64,000 bases of DNA from Vicugna vicugna (taxonomy: Eukaryota): contig MU058221.1 in assembly GCA_013265495.1 (NCBI GenBank), forward strand, positions 1,922,001 to 1,986,000. Direction: 5' to 3'. How positions within the stretch are numbered: position 1 is the first letter of the stretch; every line of letters begins with the position of its first letter. A program made the position numbers and the translations under genes. Under the pieces are notes generated by a model. The model ran no database searches. It was not told where the DNA came from and worked only from the letters and a program-made list of their open reading frames with translations. This document shows, piece by piece, positions 51,301 through 64,000 of this stretch.

Positions 51301-53619
51301 TCCGGTTTTCACTCTAAATGATGTCAACCACCGCACAGCGTCTGCTTGGAGCGTCATACCAGAGCCTCTGCTTTGGAGTCAAAGAGCTGAACTCGAATCC
51401 TGGTGGGTCTACAAATGCAGAAACCTGGCCACATGACTTGACTTGACTTGACTGAATCTTGATTTCCTCATTTCCAAAATAAAGATGACCATAACTGTTA
51501 CCTCAGGGTTGCTATGAACAGCAAGTGAACAGAAGTGGGCCTGCAGTGGTTAGTCCAGTGCCTGGCGCTTAGGTATCTGGACTGGTAGCTCCCTGTTCTG
51601 TAACTACCTGTTTTTAAGACTTACTTATAAGTGAGTTGGGACTTTTTTCCTCAATAATCAAACACTTAAAAGATAAGTTTGTCACTATTCAGGCTCTGAA
51701 AACAGTCATAAATTAGATTAAAAATTTAGTAGTAGTGGCAATTTCAATGCACCAAATTGCCAGTTGAGATGTTTAGATGTCTGGTTCTACTTGCGTTGTT
51801 GAAAAAAAAATCAACCGTATTTACCTGGGGCGGGGAGGAGAGGAATTTATTAGAAAGAGGTGGAAGGGGTTTATGGTAGATGGAATTTTTCTCCCTTTTT
51901 AAGTATTTTGTTTTGGGTGGCAGTTATATCAGTGTATACAGTTTTCAAAACAAAATATGCTAAATGTATCTGTGCTCTGTTTGTTATACCTAAGTTTTAA
52001 AAGGCACCCACATTAATTATATAGTATCCAACAATGTTCTACTTCAGCGTGACTCCATCTAAAGAGGCCGGAGCAAGGATCTCATCACCTTGTTAGTCAA
52101 GGCCCATGTGTTCACGTGTCGCCCGTAAGGTCGGGTATTAGTATGTCTGGGGTGAAGTTTATGGGGCCCGCACGCTCCTGGACGGATGGCGTCATTCATT
52201 TTTAGCGTTTGCTTTCACTTATTCTTGAACCTACAGCTTCACTGGGCTTTGCACCTGTTGTGAAGTACGCGGGCCAGTTACTTACAGAGCTTAAATTAAT
52301 TGCCTTACGCATTTGAACCTGGTATTAAAATACAGTATTTCATTCATAAATGAAGAAAGTTCCTTGTTTTCTGAAATGGTGTTCTTTCATGACGCATCAT
52401 TTAGGAAAGAAATATCTTCTAAAAACGATTAAAGCATAATTTCCACTTTAACGTTAATTAATTTTTCTTGTTCGCTCATCTGAAAATGGGAGTATGTGAG
52501 TTTGCAGCCATGTTTGTCATGTAGGTTTTACATCTTAAGCCTTCTTTCAGTTTGATTTCATGAATTTTCTCTTTGATCTTAGTGCGTTTCAAATGTTCGT
52601 ATGAGAACCATGATTCAAGCACATAAGGACTGTGTTTTAGATGGTGTTAAGATATCATGGCCACCTGTGAGTTCTTATATTTTGACTTCATTGTAGGATT
52701 GTTGCTTACCACCCCAAGGAGTTCAGAATGTTTAATGCTTTCTTCATTCTTCGAAGCAGTGGTGCATTTTTAATTTAATTCCATTAATTATTTTGGATAA
52801 AATTCTCTAATATTGCACTAAATGATATTTAACTACATTCAAAATGTATTTAGAAAAAAATTTTAATTCATATCTGACAAAGACATAGTCCTCATTTAGA
52901 AGTGTTATTTTGGGTCATTTTGCAGTGATAATTACAAGTTACTAGAAAATTAGTGACATTGCCCTTTCAAGTTGTAGGAAGATGGTTACAAATTATTTCA
53001 GGCTTCAAGAAGTTACAAAAGATAAATTATTTAATATTTTGATTGGCAGGAGAATTCCCTTCATCCTTTATAAATTATATATTGTAAATAGCCTAACATT
53101 TATTTAAAAACATTAGTTAGTTTGGTGCTTCAAAATAACACTGACTTTTTCCCCACAATTTTGAAATCCAATTAGGTCAAGTGTATGAAAGTCAGTGGTA
53201 CTTCAAGGTGTTACCAAGTCAGTAGAGCTGGAACTCCACCCGTGTTGATGATGGTTTTGCTTCATGCAGTCCCTCAGAGCTGAAAACATTTGCTGTTCTG
53301 AAAATGAGGGAATCTAAGTTTAATTTAGTCCCTACATTTGGGAAGGCGGTATTGTGTCCTTTTTAATCTGATCCTTTGATGTAAGTAACGTTTTATGAAT
53401 TCACTTGATCAAGGTAAGTGGAAATGGATGATTTAAATGAAGCTCGGCGTCCAGCCTCTGCACTGCCTCTAATCGGTAGCCGCTGAGGTGTGAGTAGCTG
53501 CTGTGTGGAAATCCTCCTGTGGACCCGTCAGCCCGGCCGCCCAGCATCTGAAGGGGGGCTGTAAATGAGGGACGGCTACCCCAGCCCTTAGCAGCGGCAT
53601 CGCAGTAGTTCTATAATTA

Positions 53620-54480
53620 GAAGTGCGGATTTTATTACGTATTTTGCTTGTTAAATGTCCTGTTTAGATATTTTGGCCTTTTTTCTCTTTTCATTTGTCC
53701 TTTTCTTATTAATATGTGGAATTTCACTCTGTTTTCAAGGTAATATTCCTTTGTCTGTTGTACAAAGTTCAAATATCTTCTCCCAGCGAGGAGCCTGCCG
53801 CTTTATTATTTCACGGGGCCTTTTGGTGCTAATACTTTTAAGGCAGGTCGTTTGTCATGGTTTTAACGTACACTTTGTGGGTATTTCAGGGGAGGGCATC
53901 CTAGTTTAAGAATTCTTTCCTAATCTGAAGGACAGAAAAATACTCTCCTATATTTTCTTCTTAGTGTTTAAAAATTTTCCTATTATGTTCAAATCTATCA
54001 TTCATCTGGAAGGCATTTTTTATGTGTGGGTCAGGTGAGAATCTCATTACGGTTTTCGCTATGTGGATAAGTGACCAGTTCCCCCAGCAGTATTTGTAGT
54101 CATTTGTAGCCTTGTGTTCTCCAGGCGCACCTGCCAGGCACCCTCTGTCTGGACTGACCTCCCGTATAGCAGCGGGCTGCTCGGGGCGCTCAGCTCCGTC
54201 CTGGTCTGTTGGAGCATCTCCAGGCAGTACGTTTTGTCTTAATTGCCAGTTTATATGCAGCCCTACTGTGCAGCCAGATAAGTACTGGATCTGATCTTCC
54301 ACATGGTGTATGTTTTCCTTCCTTTCAGTCTCTTTGTGTTTTAAAGATATTTCCTGTCAATGGCACGTGTCTGTGCACTGGCTTGCTTGGCTTTTTCGTT
54401 ATTGCCGTCGCCCGCTTTCATTTTGTTCAGGGTTCCTGTCGTGTTTGATGTTGCTGCTTGTATCGTATGCTCTACTTGTC
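53620..54480 (-). mobile_element. Very old L1 (L1ME-like) ORF2 relic
   Basis: CTTGTTAAATGTCCTGTTTAGATATTTTGGCC, AATACTCTCCTATATTTTCTTCTTAGTGTTT and GATAAGTGACCAGTTCCCCCAGCAG are antisense-L1-like motifs. Confidence 0.6.
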
Positions 54481-55959
54481 TTTGACGCCGTCTTTTTTTA
54501 TTTTCGCCCTTTTTTCTGCTAGAATTCCATTTGTTTTGTAATCAGGCGCCAGGCCAGGTTCTAAGCCAAATGTAGAAATGCTGCTATGTCTCCCTCATGG
54601 CCACGGATCACTGCTTTTTCAAGGTCTCATCAAAGATTTAATCCTGTGTTTAAAGGTGCTCACAGGGCCTCTGAGGCACCTGAACTCCTCCAGCAGTGGG
54701 TCTGTTTAATATAATCCTTCCTCACGCCTCCTTTTGTCACCACATTAAATATGGGTAATACCTGGGCTTTTAAAATAGAACCCTGTTTACTTGGGGTGAA
54801 GTCAGGACAATGTGGTTTAGCCCCCAAGTCTTTGGCTCTTCTCAGCACAAAGGACAGATACTTCTTCTGAACAGAGTTCCCACAGACTTGCGAGCAGTTT
54901 GACACTGAACACAGAAAATTTAATGACAAATGTTCTGCTCTCAAATGTTACTATAAATGTTAACCATTATTTCAGGAAAGGCAAGTAGGTCTGAATTGGA
55001 CCTTTTGTCAAGAGATGCCCATCTTAGTTACCCTGTGTGCTGATTAGATTTGGGAAACCTGTGCTTTTTAGGATCTGCTTCTTGATGTTAAAAATGGAGA
55101 AATTTCAGAAACCCAACAGATCATCTGTTACCTTTCTTTCGAGGTATCCATGAATTATCTTTATTTTATCTTTGAGTTTATCAAATCCCGATATCCAGAA
55201 GTATGCCTGGCTCCCAGGAGTCATTAAATAAATGTTTGCTGAAAAAGTAAAAAGGGAAGTGGGATGGAATGCTAACTGGAAGACATCTAAGTGACAAAAA
55301 TTAGGCAGAACTGAAAATAATTTTACCCTTCCACCTTTAGAGGGAGAAAAGTATCACCACGATAATGGAATTTTATACATAACAAAGCTGGCAATTTCCC
55401 AGTGATGTTAATTTTAGGAACACACACCTACTTTAATTGTTGGCTGCTGTTTGTCTCATAGAAGAGGTACATTTAGAAACTGATGTTTCCATTTGCAGGA
55501 ATGCCAGGGGGATGGAACTCTGGCCGCTGTGAAATAACTTTCCATACCAGTTCATGAGAATCTCAGCAGGCGGTGAATTAAGTGATAATTTCAATGTTTC
55601 AAGGATAGTGGCAGCTGTGCCTTTCCATAGCATAGACTTAGGAGGATCAACTAAAGCAACATTCTTCTTTGTATTTGCATGAAATTTTGTAATACTTAAC
55701 ATTTTATGGTGATCAGAAGTCTGAAATTGACCACAATCTCCTATCTCTTTGGTTACTTTTTAAAGAGAAGTAATGCAGGTAAAAAGATTCGTAAAAAATT
55801 CAGTGATTGAAACTGGCTCCACCATCCACTGCCTTGGTTACCTCCTCTCTGTATTTATTACCAGTTGCTTGATGAATGTAGCCGAGGCAAGGATGTCTGA
55901 AAATTTATATTGCGGAAGCAGAAAGTTAACTCAAATTTGGGTGTTGTGTTATCAGAGGG

Positions 55960-56558
55960 TGTGGTAAGCAGTCTAACCATCCCTCAAGACGTCCACAGCC
56001 TCATGCCCAGGACCTGTGTACGTTCTCTTACATGGCAGAGGGGACCTTGCAGACGCGATCAAGGTTAGAGACCGTGAGTTGGGGAAATGATCCTGGATGA
56101 TGTGGGTGGACCCAGTCTAATCACGGGAGCCCTGAAAAGCAGAGAAGCCTTCCTGGTTGTCCTTAGAAATGTAATGAGAGGAAAGGGGGCAAAGAGGTGG
56201 ATGCAGTGTGAACGGAGTCCAGCTGCAGTTCTGGCTTAGAAAATGGAGGAGAGGAGCAGTGAACCAAGGACGCAGTGGCACCTGACGCTGGGAGCGGCCC
56301 TCAGCGGACAGCCGGCGAGAAGATGCAGACAGTTCTGCGACCTCCAGGAACTGAATGCAGGCGCAGCCCCGAAGAGCAAGGGTACGGGTTCTTCTCTAGA
56401 GCCTTTTGAAGGATGCAGCTCTGCTGACACCTTGATTTTTGTCTTTCGAGACTCATTTTGGACTTCTGACCTGCCACACTTCAAGATTATAAATTTGTAT
56501 TTGCTTGACCTGCTACATTTGTGGTCATCTGTGATAGCAGTGATAGAAAAACGAATCC
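55960..56558 (+). mobile_element. MaLR LTR (MLT1E/D-like)
   Basis: TGTGGTAAGCAG start, TTACATGGCAGAGGGGACCTTGCAGA, GCTGACACCTTGATTTT and the end GCAGTGATAGAAAACGAATCCA. Confidence 0.82.
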
Positions 56559-57266
56559 AAAGGGTGACGGATTTTTCCCTTTAAAATGGTCATGGATACA
56601 ACGGAGAAATCTTATAAAATTTATGAAGACAACTGGTTCTTAAATAAAACATTTTTTCTTAATTGAAAACGAACAAAGTGTTGGCTAATTTATGTAATCT
56701 GAACTAAATAATTTTTTTTCCCAGAGTGTATTTCCTGATGAACGGGTAATGTTGACACATTGCTACTTGATATATAAACATAGGGGGAAAAACATCAGAG
56801 CCTTCCATTCAAATAAAAATTCATTTATAGTCAGTTTTGATGCTGAGTGACTTGATTTTACCACTACGGTTCCTTTCAAAAAGGAGCTGTATGTAACTTC
56901 CCAACATGTTAATTGGGAACTTTTTGATAGCTGCTCTGAAAAGCAAAGTGCTGTTAGGATCACCCCACATTATTGCCTAGATCAGGGCATCTTGGCTAAA
57001 CTTTCATGTGCAAATTAAATCCCTCCACAGTCTTGTTTTTAAATATTCCTCTTGGAGATGTACCTCAAAGAAGGATCACACATACAACCCTGTGGTTATT
57101 TTTAACTTCCCATCGGTGGAGACAAATCCAGAAAGGAAAACATTAGTCTTTGCTATGGCTTTGATTTTGCTAGACTTTAGAGTTTAATTTTTCCCAAGGA
57201 TAAAAAAGATGAGAGGAAATGAGAGTCCGTGGATCAACAAGTTCTTTGCCATTTTCCCTTTCTTCA

Positions 57267-57330
57267 CCGGACAGCGATGAGCCATATCTGTACTAAAACC
57301 GGACATCGATGAGCCATATCTGTACTAAAA
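57267..57330. repeat. 32-bp tandem duplication
   Basis: CCGGACA[G/T]CGATGAGCCATATCTGTACTAAAA x2, with one mismatch. Confidence 0.95.
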
Positions 57331-58590
57331 CGTGTCCCTAAATGCTCACGAGCCTGTTCAGGGTAGTTCTGTGGTGCACTGTACCTCCTTGTTTCAGCAA
57401 TAGAAGAAGAAGGCAGAGGGAAAAATGGAATTGAAGGTGTACGTGTGAAACTGGAAAGGGGCCAGCAGAGTAAGCAGCTTTATCATTTACTAAATCATTC
57501 TCCTGGCAAAAACACATACAGTAGTGCAAACGGATTTATCTTATTCCAAATTATGCACTGAGTTAACGTTCACATTTTGTTTCTTCTATAATCCAACTAG
57601 GTCTGTTGTTACAATTTAGAGAATTGCAGATGGCATGGTTTCTCTACTTTGGTGTGACATTACAGAATTCAGACAAATTATGCACATGAAGCTATCCCGT
57701 GAGATAATCCTGTCTCTTCTAATTCTCCTGTCTCCAGGTGCTTTGTCCTAACTGTGTTGGATCGCGCTCCCAAGGCGATGTTAAGTGCGTCGTGGTGGCG
57801 ATCGTGGACGTGTATTTCTTATTCCCGAGTCTGCTGGCAGTATTTCTGGCTTTTCCCCACTAAGTGAGAGTTGGCTTTTAATGTTGCATTACTGTAATGT
57901 GTGAAGAATGGGAATGGGGCTTGCTTTATTATATGGTGCCGGCTCAGGCCTGCCAGCGACTACAAATGGCATTTTAACGAGGATCTGTGTCAGTGATGTG
58001 GTTTGTTCCTTCTGGGCTCCTGGTGCAGCAGGGGTGCACCGGCACAGCTGCGCTCTGTGCGCCCCCCTGGCCCCTGCTCCATCGGGCAGCAGGGCCGCCC
58101 CCGCCTTAGGGGTCAGTCCTCATCATCCCCTCCCCTCAGCCTGCATCCTGGTTTTCTTGCCCTAAAAGAGACTCAGAAAACAGTGCATGGAAGTGCATCT
58201 GTGACGGAAGCTCATGCCCAAACAAAACCCCTCAGCTTTCGGAGTAAAGCAGAGCCCTGGATGGGAATGGAGCCCCTGCAGTGATCGCTGGCCCTTGGGC
58301 GTCCCGTGTCCCCACTTTCTCGCTCGCTGTCGTCGGCGTGGGGTGCTGCGATGCGGCGGCCCTCTGCACAGCCCTGCCTTCTCCGCTCCTCTGCTGTGTA
58401 GTAAATCTTCACGTGTTACCAGACTGTCAAGAGGACGGCATTCCTTTAATTGTTTTCTGTCAAGAATGTCACCTCCTGAAACCATGGCCTCCCTTCTTAT
58501 TTATGATCGTCAGTGCTGTCAGCCTTGTGGTCAGACGTCTTCTGTCTTGGAGCCTGGCCCCCTGCTTCCTGCCACTGGCCAGTTCCCTAT

Positions 58591-58681
58591 TTTTTTTTTT
58601 TTAATGGAGTTACTGGGGATTGAACCCAGCACCTTGTGCATGCTAAGCACGTGCTCTACCACTGAGCTATCCCTCCCCCCA
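58591..58681 (-). mobile_element. Vic-1-like SINE (short form)
   Basis: TACTGGGGATTGAACCCAGCACCTTGTGCATGCTAAGC, with TSD AGTTCCCTAT(TTT) at 58581 and 58682. Confidence 0.9.
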
Positions 58682-60370
58682 AGTTCCCTATTTTTTCACC
58701 ATATAACAAAATGGTGTTTTATCCCTTCTTTTCAATGTTTATAGTTTTTATTTTCCACAAACTCTTCCCCTTTTTAGTTTTTTTCCCCAGCACTTTCCTT
58801 TTTTGTTAATTTTCAAACATTTAAATATGAATGCTCACTCAGACAAGCCTTTATTATCTTGTTCATCATCTTTTATAATTTCACTCCTTACCACTAAATT
58901 CGTGTAAGCAGATTTTTAGCTTTGGGTTGAGCTTCCTAGTTAAAGATATCTTTGCATTGTATCTTTGCCTCTTTGTATTCATTTTTATCAGAAAAATCTA
59001 TCTTGAGTTCCTGCTGTTCTCAGTTATCTTGCAATTAAAGGGAAACTTTGAAGTCGATAATCCTTTCCAAAAATTGACAAAAATATAGCCTCTTATAGGA
59101 ATGGAAAAAAAATGTTTTCTGATACGGATTTTATGCAATAAGTAATGGTACAGAAACTGTACTGAGAAAAAAAGTTGTGTAGCTACCCTGAAAGGGAAAG
59201 AGACGGTTACCACCATCCATTCAACAAATATTTAGTTTCCTGTAGTGTGCAACACTCTGGATGCACAAGGCCGGAATGCTCTTGGGGCAACAGTAGAGTT
59301 AAGGCTGACACACAAAATATTGGGAAATAATATTGGTACTTAGGTAAGTGCCACCTGAGAGGTGCAGAGAATAACGTATAGTCAGGTGGATATAAAACCT
59401 TTTAGCCTTGGATGAGTCAGATATGTTAATAAGAAAGTAACAGTACTTTACTCATGGGGTATTTGGAGGGCTCAGTGGGCCGTGGGTGTAGGGCTCAGCA
59501 AACTGAGAGCACATAGTGATAACTCAATAAATGTTAGCGGTCCGTATTGCTAAAGATCACTGGGTTTGAAGTATCCCTAGCTTTGTGTTACTAGCTCTAC
59601 ATTTTAAACTGTTAGCTAGAAGGAAAGACATTCTGCCCCCAAAACTGAAGCATCTGAGCAGGACACATGCCTGAGTAGAAGACCATTGTATTTTCTTCCA
59701 AAGTGAGCCACGGCCATGCCTCCAGCTAGCCTAGGCCACTCTCTGGAAGCAGTGGTAGGTCTGTGCCACTGCTTGGAACAGCGACAACAGAGTCATTGAT
59801 TAATAAAATATACCTTATATAATTTTAGCCTGGAAAAAAATCTTTTTTTAGGTTAAAAAGAAATAATTGCTTGGCTTTCCTCATCGCAATGTCCTTTGGG
59901 TTATAAATTAGAAGTGTGTGTGTTTTCTGTCCTGAATCCTATCTTTGTATATACTCAGTGAAATGGTCTAAATTGTCCCCACTATTGTCCACTTTTTTCC
60001 CCATAGTGAGGTTCATTAACACCCATTGCCATTAGAAGGTAGGAGACACATCATTGGGAATAATCCTGTTTAAGACTTTTCCTAGACCAAATGCAGCCAA
60101 GAAAATGAAAAGTTGGGAACTTGACTCAACATTATAAAGAAGGAAGTGAAATGTATACTAAACAGCACCCTTGTCGATTACAGAGAGAGTGATGTTCACC
60201 CTGAGTCACGGTGGTTTTTCTTCAGCAATTTCCATGCTTTTCCCTGAGAAACCGGCTCACTCCTCAGAGTATCGGGGAAGCGTGGAGACAACGTGATGAC
60301 GATTGAAGGCTTAAATCAAATTGACAGAGGTCCCTGTCTCACTGAGCTGCGGGTGTCTTCTGATGTCTCT

Positions 60371-60433
60371 CTAGGAATTTGAAGACTGATCTTGGCAAGA
60401 ACAAAAATGGGTTCAGTCTTCAAATTTAATTAG
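60371..60433. repeat. Inverted repeat / hairpin (14-bp perfect core, 23-nt spacer)
   Basis: AATTTGAAGACTGA (60376-60389) and TCAGTCTTCAAATT (60413-60426), extendable by G:U pairs on both sides. Confidence 0.8.
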
Positions 60434-61839
60434 AAAGCACAGCTTGTAAGTCCCTCTTGTAGGTCCACACGATCAGAGGCAGTATTTTCATTACAGATGA
60501 CACTTCATTATCTGTAACGTCTGAGTGCTTAACTCGATGTTGCCCCCGCCCCCGGTGGTTACAAGTTTGACTGCGAAGGAATCAGAAGGTAAAGGTTTCG
60601 TTCCATCCTGGTGAAAACAGGTTTCATGTTACACCTGCTCTAACTGCTCCTTTGAGGAGACTTGTGAGCGTTTTCCCCAGTTACCTTCTGAAACATGTAT
60701 GTTTAATCATGCTATGCTGTGTGTGTATTTTGCAAACCTGTAGGTGTGTGTGAAAGGACTTACATTTTTGTCTCTACGATTCTTTGTAGTACTTCTCAGG
60801 GAACACAAAGATTATTGTATTTTAAATTAGTTTGTCAGTTCCCATCCTTATTTATTGAAACCTACTGCAGCTTCGTTTATTGAATGTCTTCACATACTCA
60901 GAAGCCGGGCAGTATTTTCTAACCAACGGGGGAGATGCTTCATGTAATATATTGATGTGAACTTTGCATTCCAGAGGAGTTATTGGGTGACAAAATATCT
61001 GTCCTTTATCCTTTTCTACCATTTTCTTAATCTGAGATGTTTTCATAAACACATTATACTTCTATTTTAAAACTTATGCTTTTGTTCCTTGGAAAAAAAA
61101 AAGCTCCAACATTCCAATTGCTCTTTCAGGACAGGACTTTCAATAGCTGATACAGACTTGTTTGTCTGGAGTGTGTGACCCTTTCACTTTTTTCTTGATA
61201 CAGAATAATTAGGGCTGCAATAAACATTATTGTCTTGCAGTGTCAGTAGTTTGCTTTTTAAACCTTACCAGATGAAGGGAAAGCTGTATTTTATTTGAAA
61301 ATTAAATGGAAGATGAACTACTGTCTAAACCTTTTGATGTGCAAAGTGGCTGAACTTTTGGTCATTTCAGATGGAATCGGCTCTTCCTGAGGCATCAGTC
61401 GCACCGTTTGGTTTTGCTCTAAGCACAGGGACTGAGCACAGTGTGTTGTTTTAATCTTCTCCTTCTCTGTGCTCCTATAGTGTGTTTGTATTGCTCTGGG
61501 AGGTTTATGTTGGTGTATAAATTCAGAATGGTGTACAAATACAAATTCAGCGTAAGAACTAAACGTAATAACCGAGGCTCTTCTTGTTTAAAAGAAGCAA
61601 ACTGTTATAAAATTCTGCCATGGATAAATGTGACCATTTGACTTTTTCCCATGAAACTTCAATTTGAATCACCTCATGTTGGATCACTGGACCAGTTTAT
61701 AAACCAGAACACGATTTGGGAATGACTGGATCACACGAGGCAAGTGGTGTGACAGTGGCTTCTCAATAGGATGTGTTTATAAATGTTATTTTGAGGAAAT
61801 TTTCACCATGACTTAGAAAAACACGTTGAAAGGGGTGGT

Positions 61840-62440
61840 TTGGTGGGACGGTTCCGACGTTTATGGAGCCCGCACCCCCAGTGACACGGCTGGCTGTTAG
61901 GCACGGTGGTCAAGAAGGACACCCGGCAGGGGGCCAAACAGCAGAGTGTGTCGTAAGACTCAGCTTCAATTATTCGAGCGTCACGCCGTTTTTGCTCTGC
62001 GTTTATCTGCACAGACACCTTCCCGCGCCGTTTCGTATACGGGCTTCCCTGCCATCCGCACGTAGAGTGTCGCTGTGAACTCTTTTACAAGCCCAGCGGC
62101 ATAAAGCAAAGAAGCAATTACCTTGGGACGCAACTTCCTGTGACTGCTCAGCGTCTCGCTTTTGTTCGTGAAAGCGAGAACCCGCTTCAGGGCTCTTCCC
62201 GTTCGCAAAGGTGGGAACTGACGAGGCCGTTCGCGAGCGTCCGGTGGCGGGAAGCGAGCCTGCGGGAAGCGGGGGGGACCTGCGCTCGCCCCTTCGCGTC
62301 AGGACGCGGGGACGGAGCGCTCTGCGCGCACAGCTGGCCGGCGGGTCGGGCTTCCGTCTTGTTCCGGTTCCGCGGGCCCTTTTGCGCGAGAGACCAGCAG
62401 TTCTGCGGGGACCCCGGCCTCCGGACGGAGCCTTTTAGAT
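61840..62440. promoter_or_regulatory. CpG island, candidate promoter or enhancer
   Basis: Visibly dense CpG and high GC relative to the flanks. Contains GGCGGGAA (E2F-like), CTTCCG/ACTTCCT (ETS-like) and four CCGTT cores. Confidence 0.6.
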
Positions 62441-63399
62441 GCTAGTGTGGCTTTATGAAAACGTGCCTGCATTTGACGCACGAGTGGCCTGTTCCCTCGG
62501 GATGTTGAACAGAAAGGGTTTCTTTTGTTGATTGTTTCTTTCAATGTTGAGTAACTTGTTTGTTTCCTTTCTAACCTCCTTTTCTTTTTTCTTTTTCTTT
62601 TTTGTCCCCAATGGTGGTCATTAGAGCTGGTTTTAATACATTTCTTCTCTGGATTGGAAAAGTTAAATCGTTTCTCATTTCTCTTTTCTGCTCTCTCTGG
62701 AAGGAGTGAGAACCAGTGAGCTGCTTTTTGCAGCAGTGCCAGGTGAACAGTGGGTCATCTGCTTGGGGAAGTTCCTTTTTCGTGTGGGAGACAGTTTTGA
62801 GATTAGAGTTGTTTCACTTTTTTAAAGTTTGTTTAATTTCCTGATCTTCCATGGTTCCAAAAAATAACATCACACACACACATACCACGCAAATTCTTGC
62901 TTTTATAACTCAACGGTGCTCTTTTTTTTAACGCAAAAAAGGGATTTTGTTAGCTTTTGTATCCACAGTGGCCAAGGGCTGCGTGGCTTTGAACATGGCT
63001 GAACCCAGGTCTGTTTCCACCTCTTGGTCTTGCTTTCTTCTCTGTTGCCTTCATTCTCAGGCTCTCTTCTCAACCCATCATTCCGCTCCTGGCTCTCTTC
63101 CTTCCTCGCTCCCGGCTGACCCTCTCTCTGGAAGTTCAGCTGAACTGCTGACTCAACATCTTCCTCGTGTCCGTTACCTCCCCTGCTTTACAGCACAACT
63201 CCAACACCTAACAGTGCTTCCTCTCCCTGGTACCCGCGTGACCAGCACTTCTGAGGAAATACACAGCGATACAGGTTGGCTTCCCCGCAAGTTCACGGTC
63301 ATCCGCTGCAGCTGAGGTCCACTGCTGCCCTTCTTTATTATTATTTTGCTTCTTTTTTTTTTTCCTGTTCTGAGACCTATTTGTTTCATTAAAAATTTA

Positions 63400-64000
63400 A
63401 TTTAATTTAAATTTAATTTAATTTTGGTAAGAGTACAGAATGAGATATGCTCTCAAAATATTAAGTGTGCGTCGTTGTTGACTGTGGGTACCCTGTTGCA
63501 CAGCAGATCTGTAGACTTCGTTCATCTCGCTTTGATGCTCATTGACTTAGTGACTCTCCATGTCTCCCTCCTCCTGCCCTGACACCACCATTTCACTCTT
63601 TGATTCTGTGAATCTGACTATTTCAGATTTCTCTGATGCATACAATCATGCAGTATTTGTCTTGCAATGACTGGCTTATTTAACATAATGTCCTCAGGGT
63701 TAATCCATGTTGTCATATTTTGCAGAATTTCCTTCTTTTTAAAGGATGAATTGTGTTCTATGGGGTGTATATATTTTCTTTATCTATTCATTTGTCAGTG
63801 GCCATTTAGGTTGTTTCTACATCTTGGCTCTTGTGAATAATGCTTCAGTGAACATATGAGTGCTAATATCTCTTTGAGATCCTGATTTCAGGGATTTTTT
63901 TCTTTTTTGCATAAACACCCAGAAGTGGGACTGATGGGTCATATGGTAGTTCTAGTTTTAATATCTTGAGGAACCCCCACACTGTTTCCCATAGCGGCTG
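63400..64000 (-). mobile_element. L1MA-type 3' end (continues past the window edge)
   Basis: CACCACCATTTCACTCTTTGATTCTGTGAATCTGACTATTTCAGATT and CCCAGAAGTGGGACTGATGGGTCATATGGTAGTTCTA. Confidence 0.85.

Noticed and set aside
57738..57863. Plus-strand exon with good splice sites
   Set aside because: The sequence resembles a decayed antisense L1 ORF2 segment and the peptide is unrecognisable.
58214..58744. 176-aa plus-strand ORF
   Set aside because: It runs through a SINE in GC-rich sequence and has no recognisable homology.

Overview
Mammalian genomic DNA, most likely camelid, judged from five tRNA-derived Vic-1-type SINEs and artiodactyl-type L1 and Tigger derivatives. I can support no intact protein-coding gene; the supplied ORFs are repeat fragments, pseudogene fragments or chance ORFs. 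The window is a mosaic of L1, L3/CR1, MIR, ERV1-type solo LTRs, MaLR and Tigger elements, with one assembly gap and a CpG island near 62 kb. The notable non-repeat content is four mRNA-derived retrocopies, all on the minus strand: a decayed full-CDS GNA13 processed pseudogene with 3'UTR (~49.4-51.3 kb), an intronless KRAB-C2H2 zinc-finger pseudogene split by a Tigger MITE (~27.0-29.2 kb), and two diverged copies of one ~215-bp sequence resembling an mRNA 3' terminus (31.6 and 37.8 kb). Most young retroelements are also minus-oriented. My working hypothesis (inference only) is a long plus-strand non-coding transcript, such as a pachytene piRNA precursor, that reads these gene fragments antisense; a large intron of a plus-strand gene is the main alternative. 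Also seen: an L1 copy with its 5' end joined directly to its 3' end (possibly spliced), twin-primed L1s and two strong hairpins. Repeat family names come from recalled consensus sequences, not a database search, and most boundaries are approximate.
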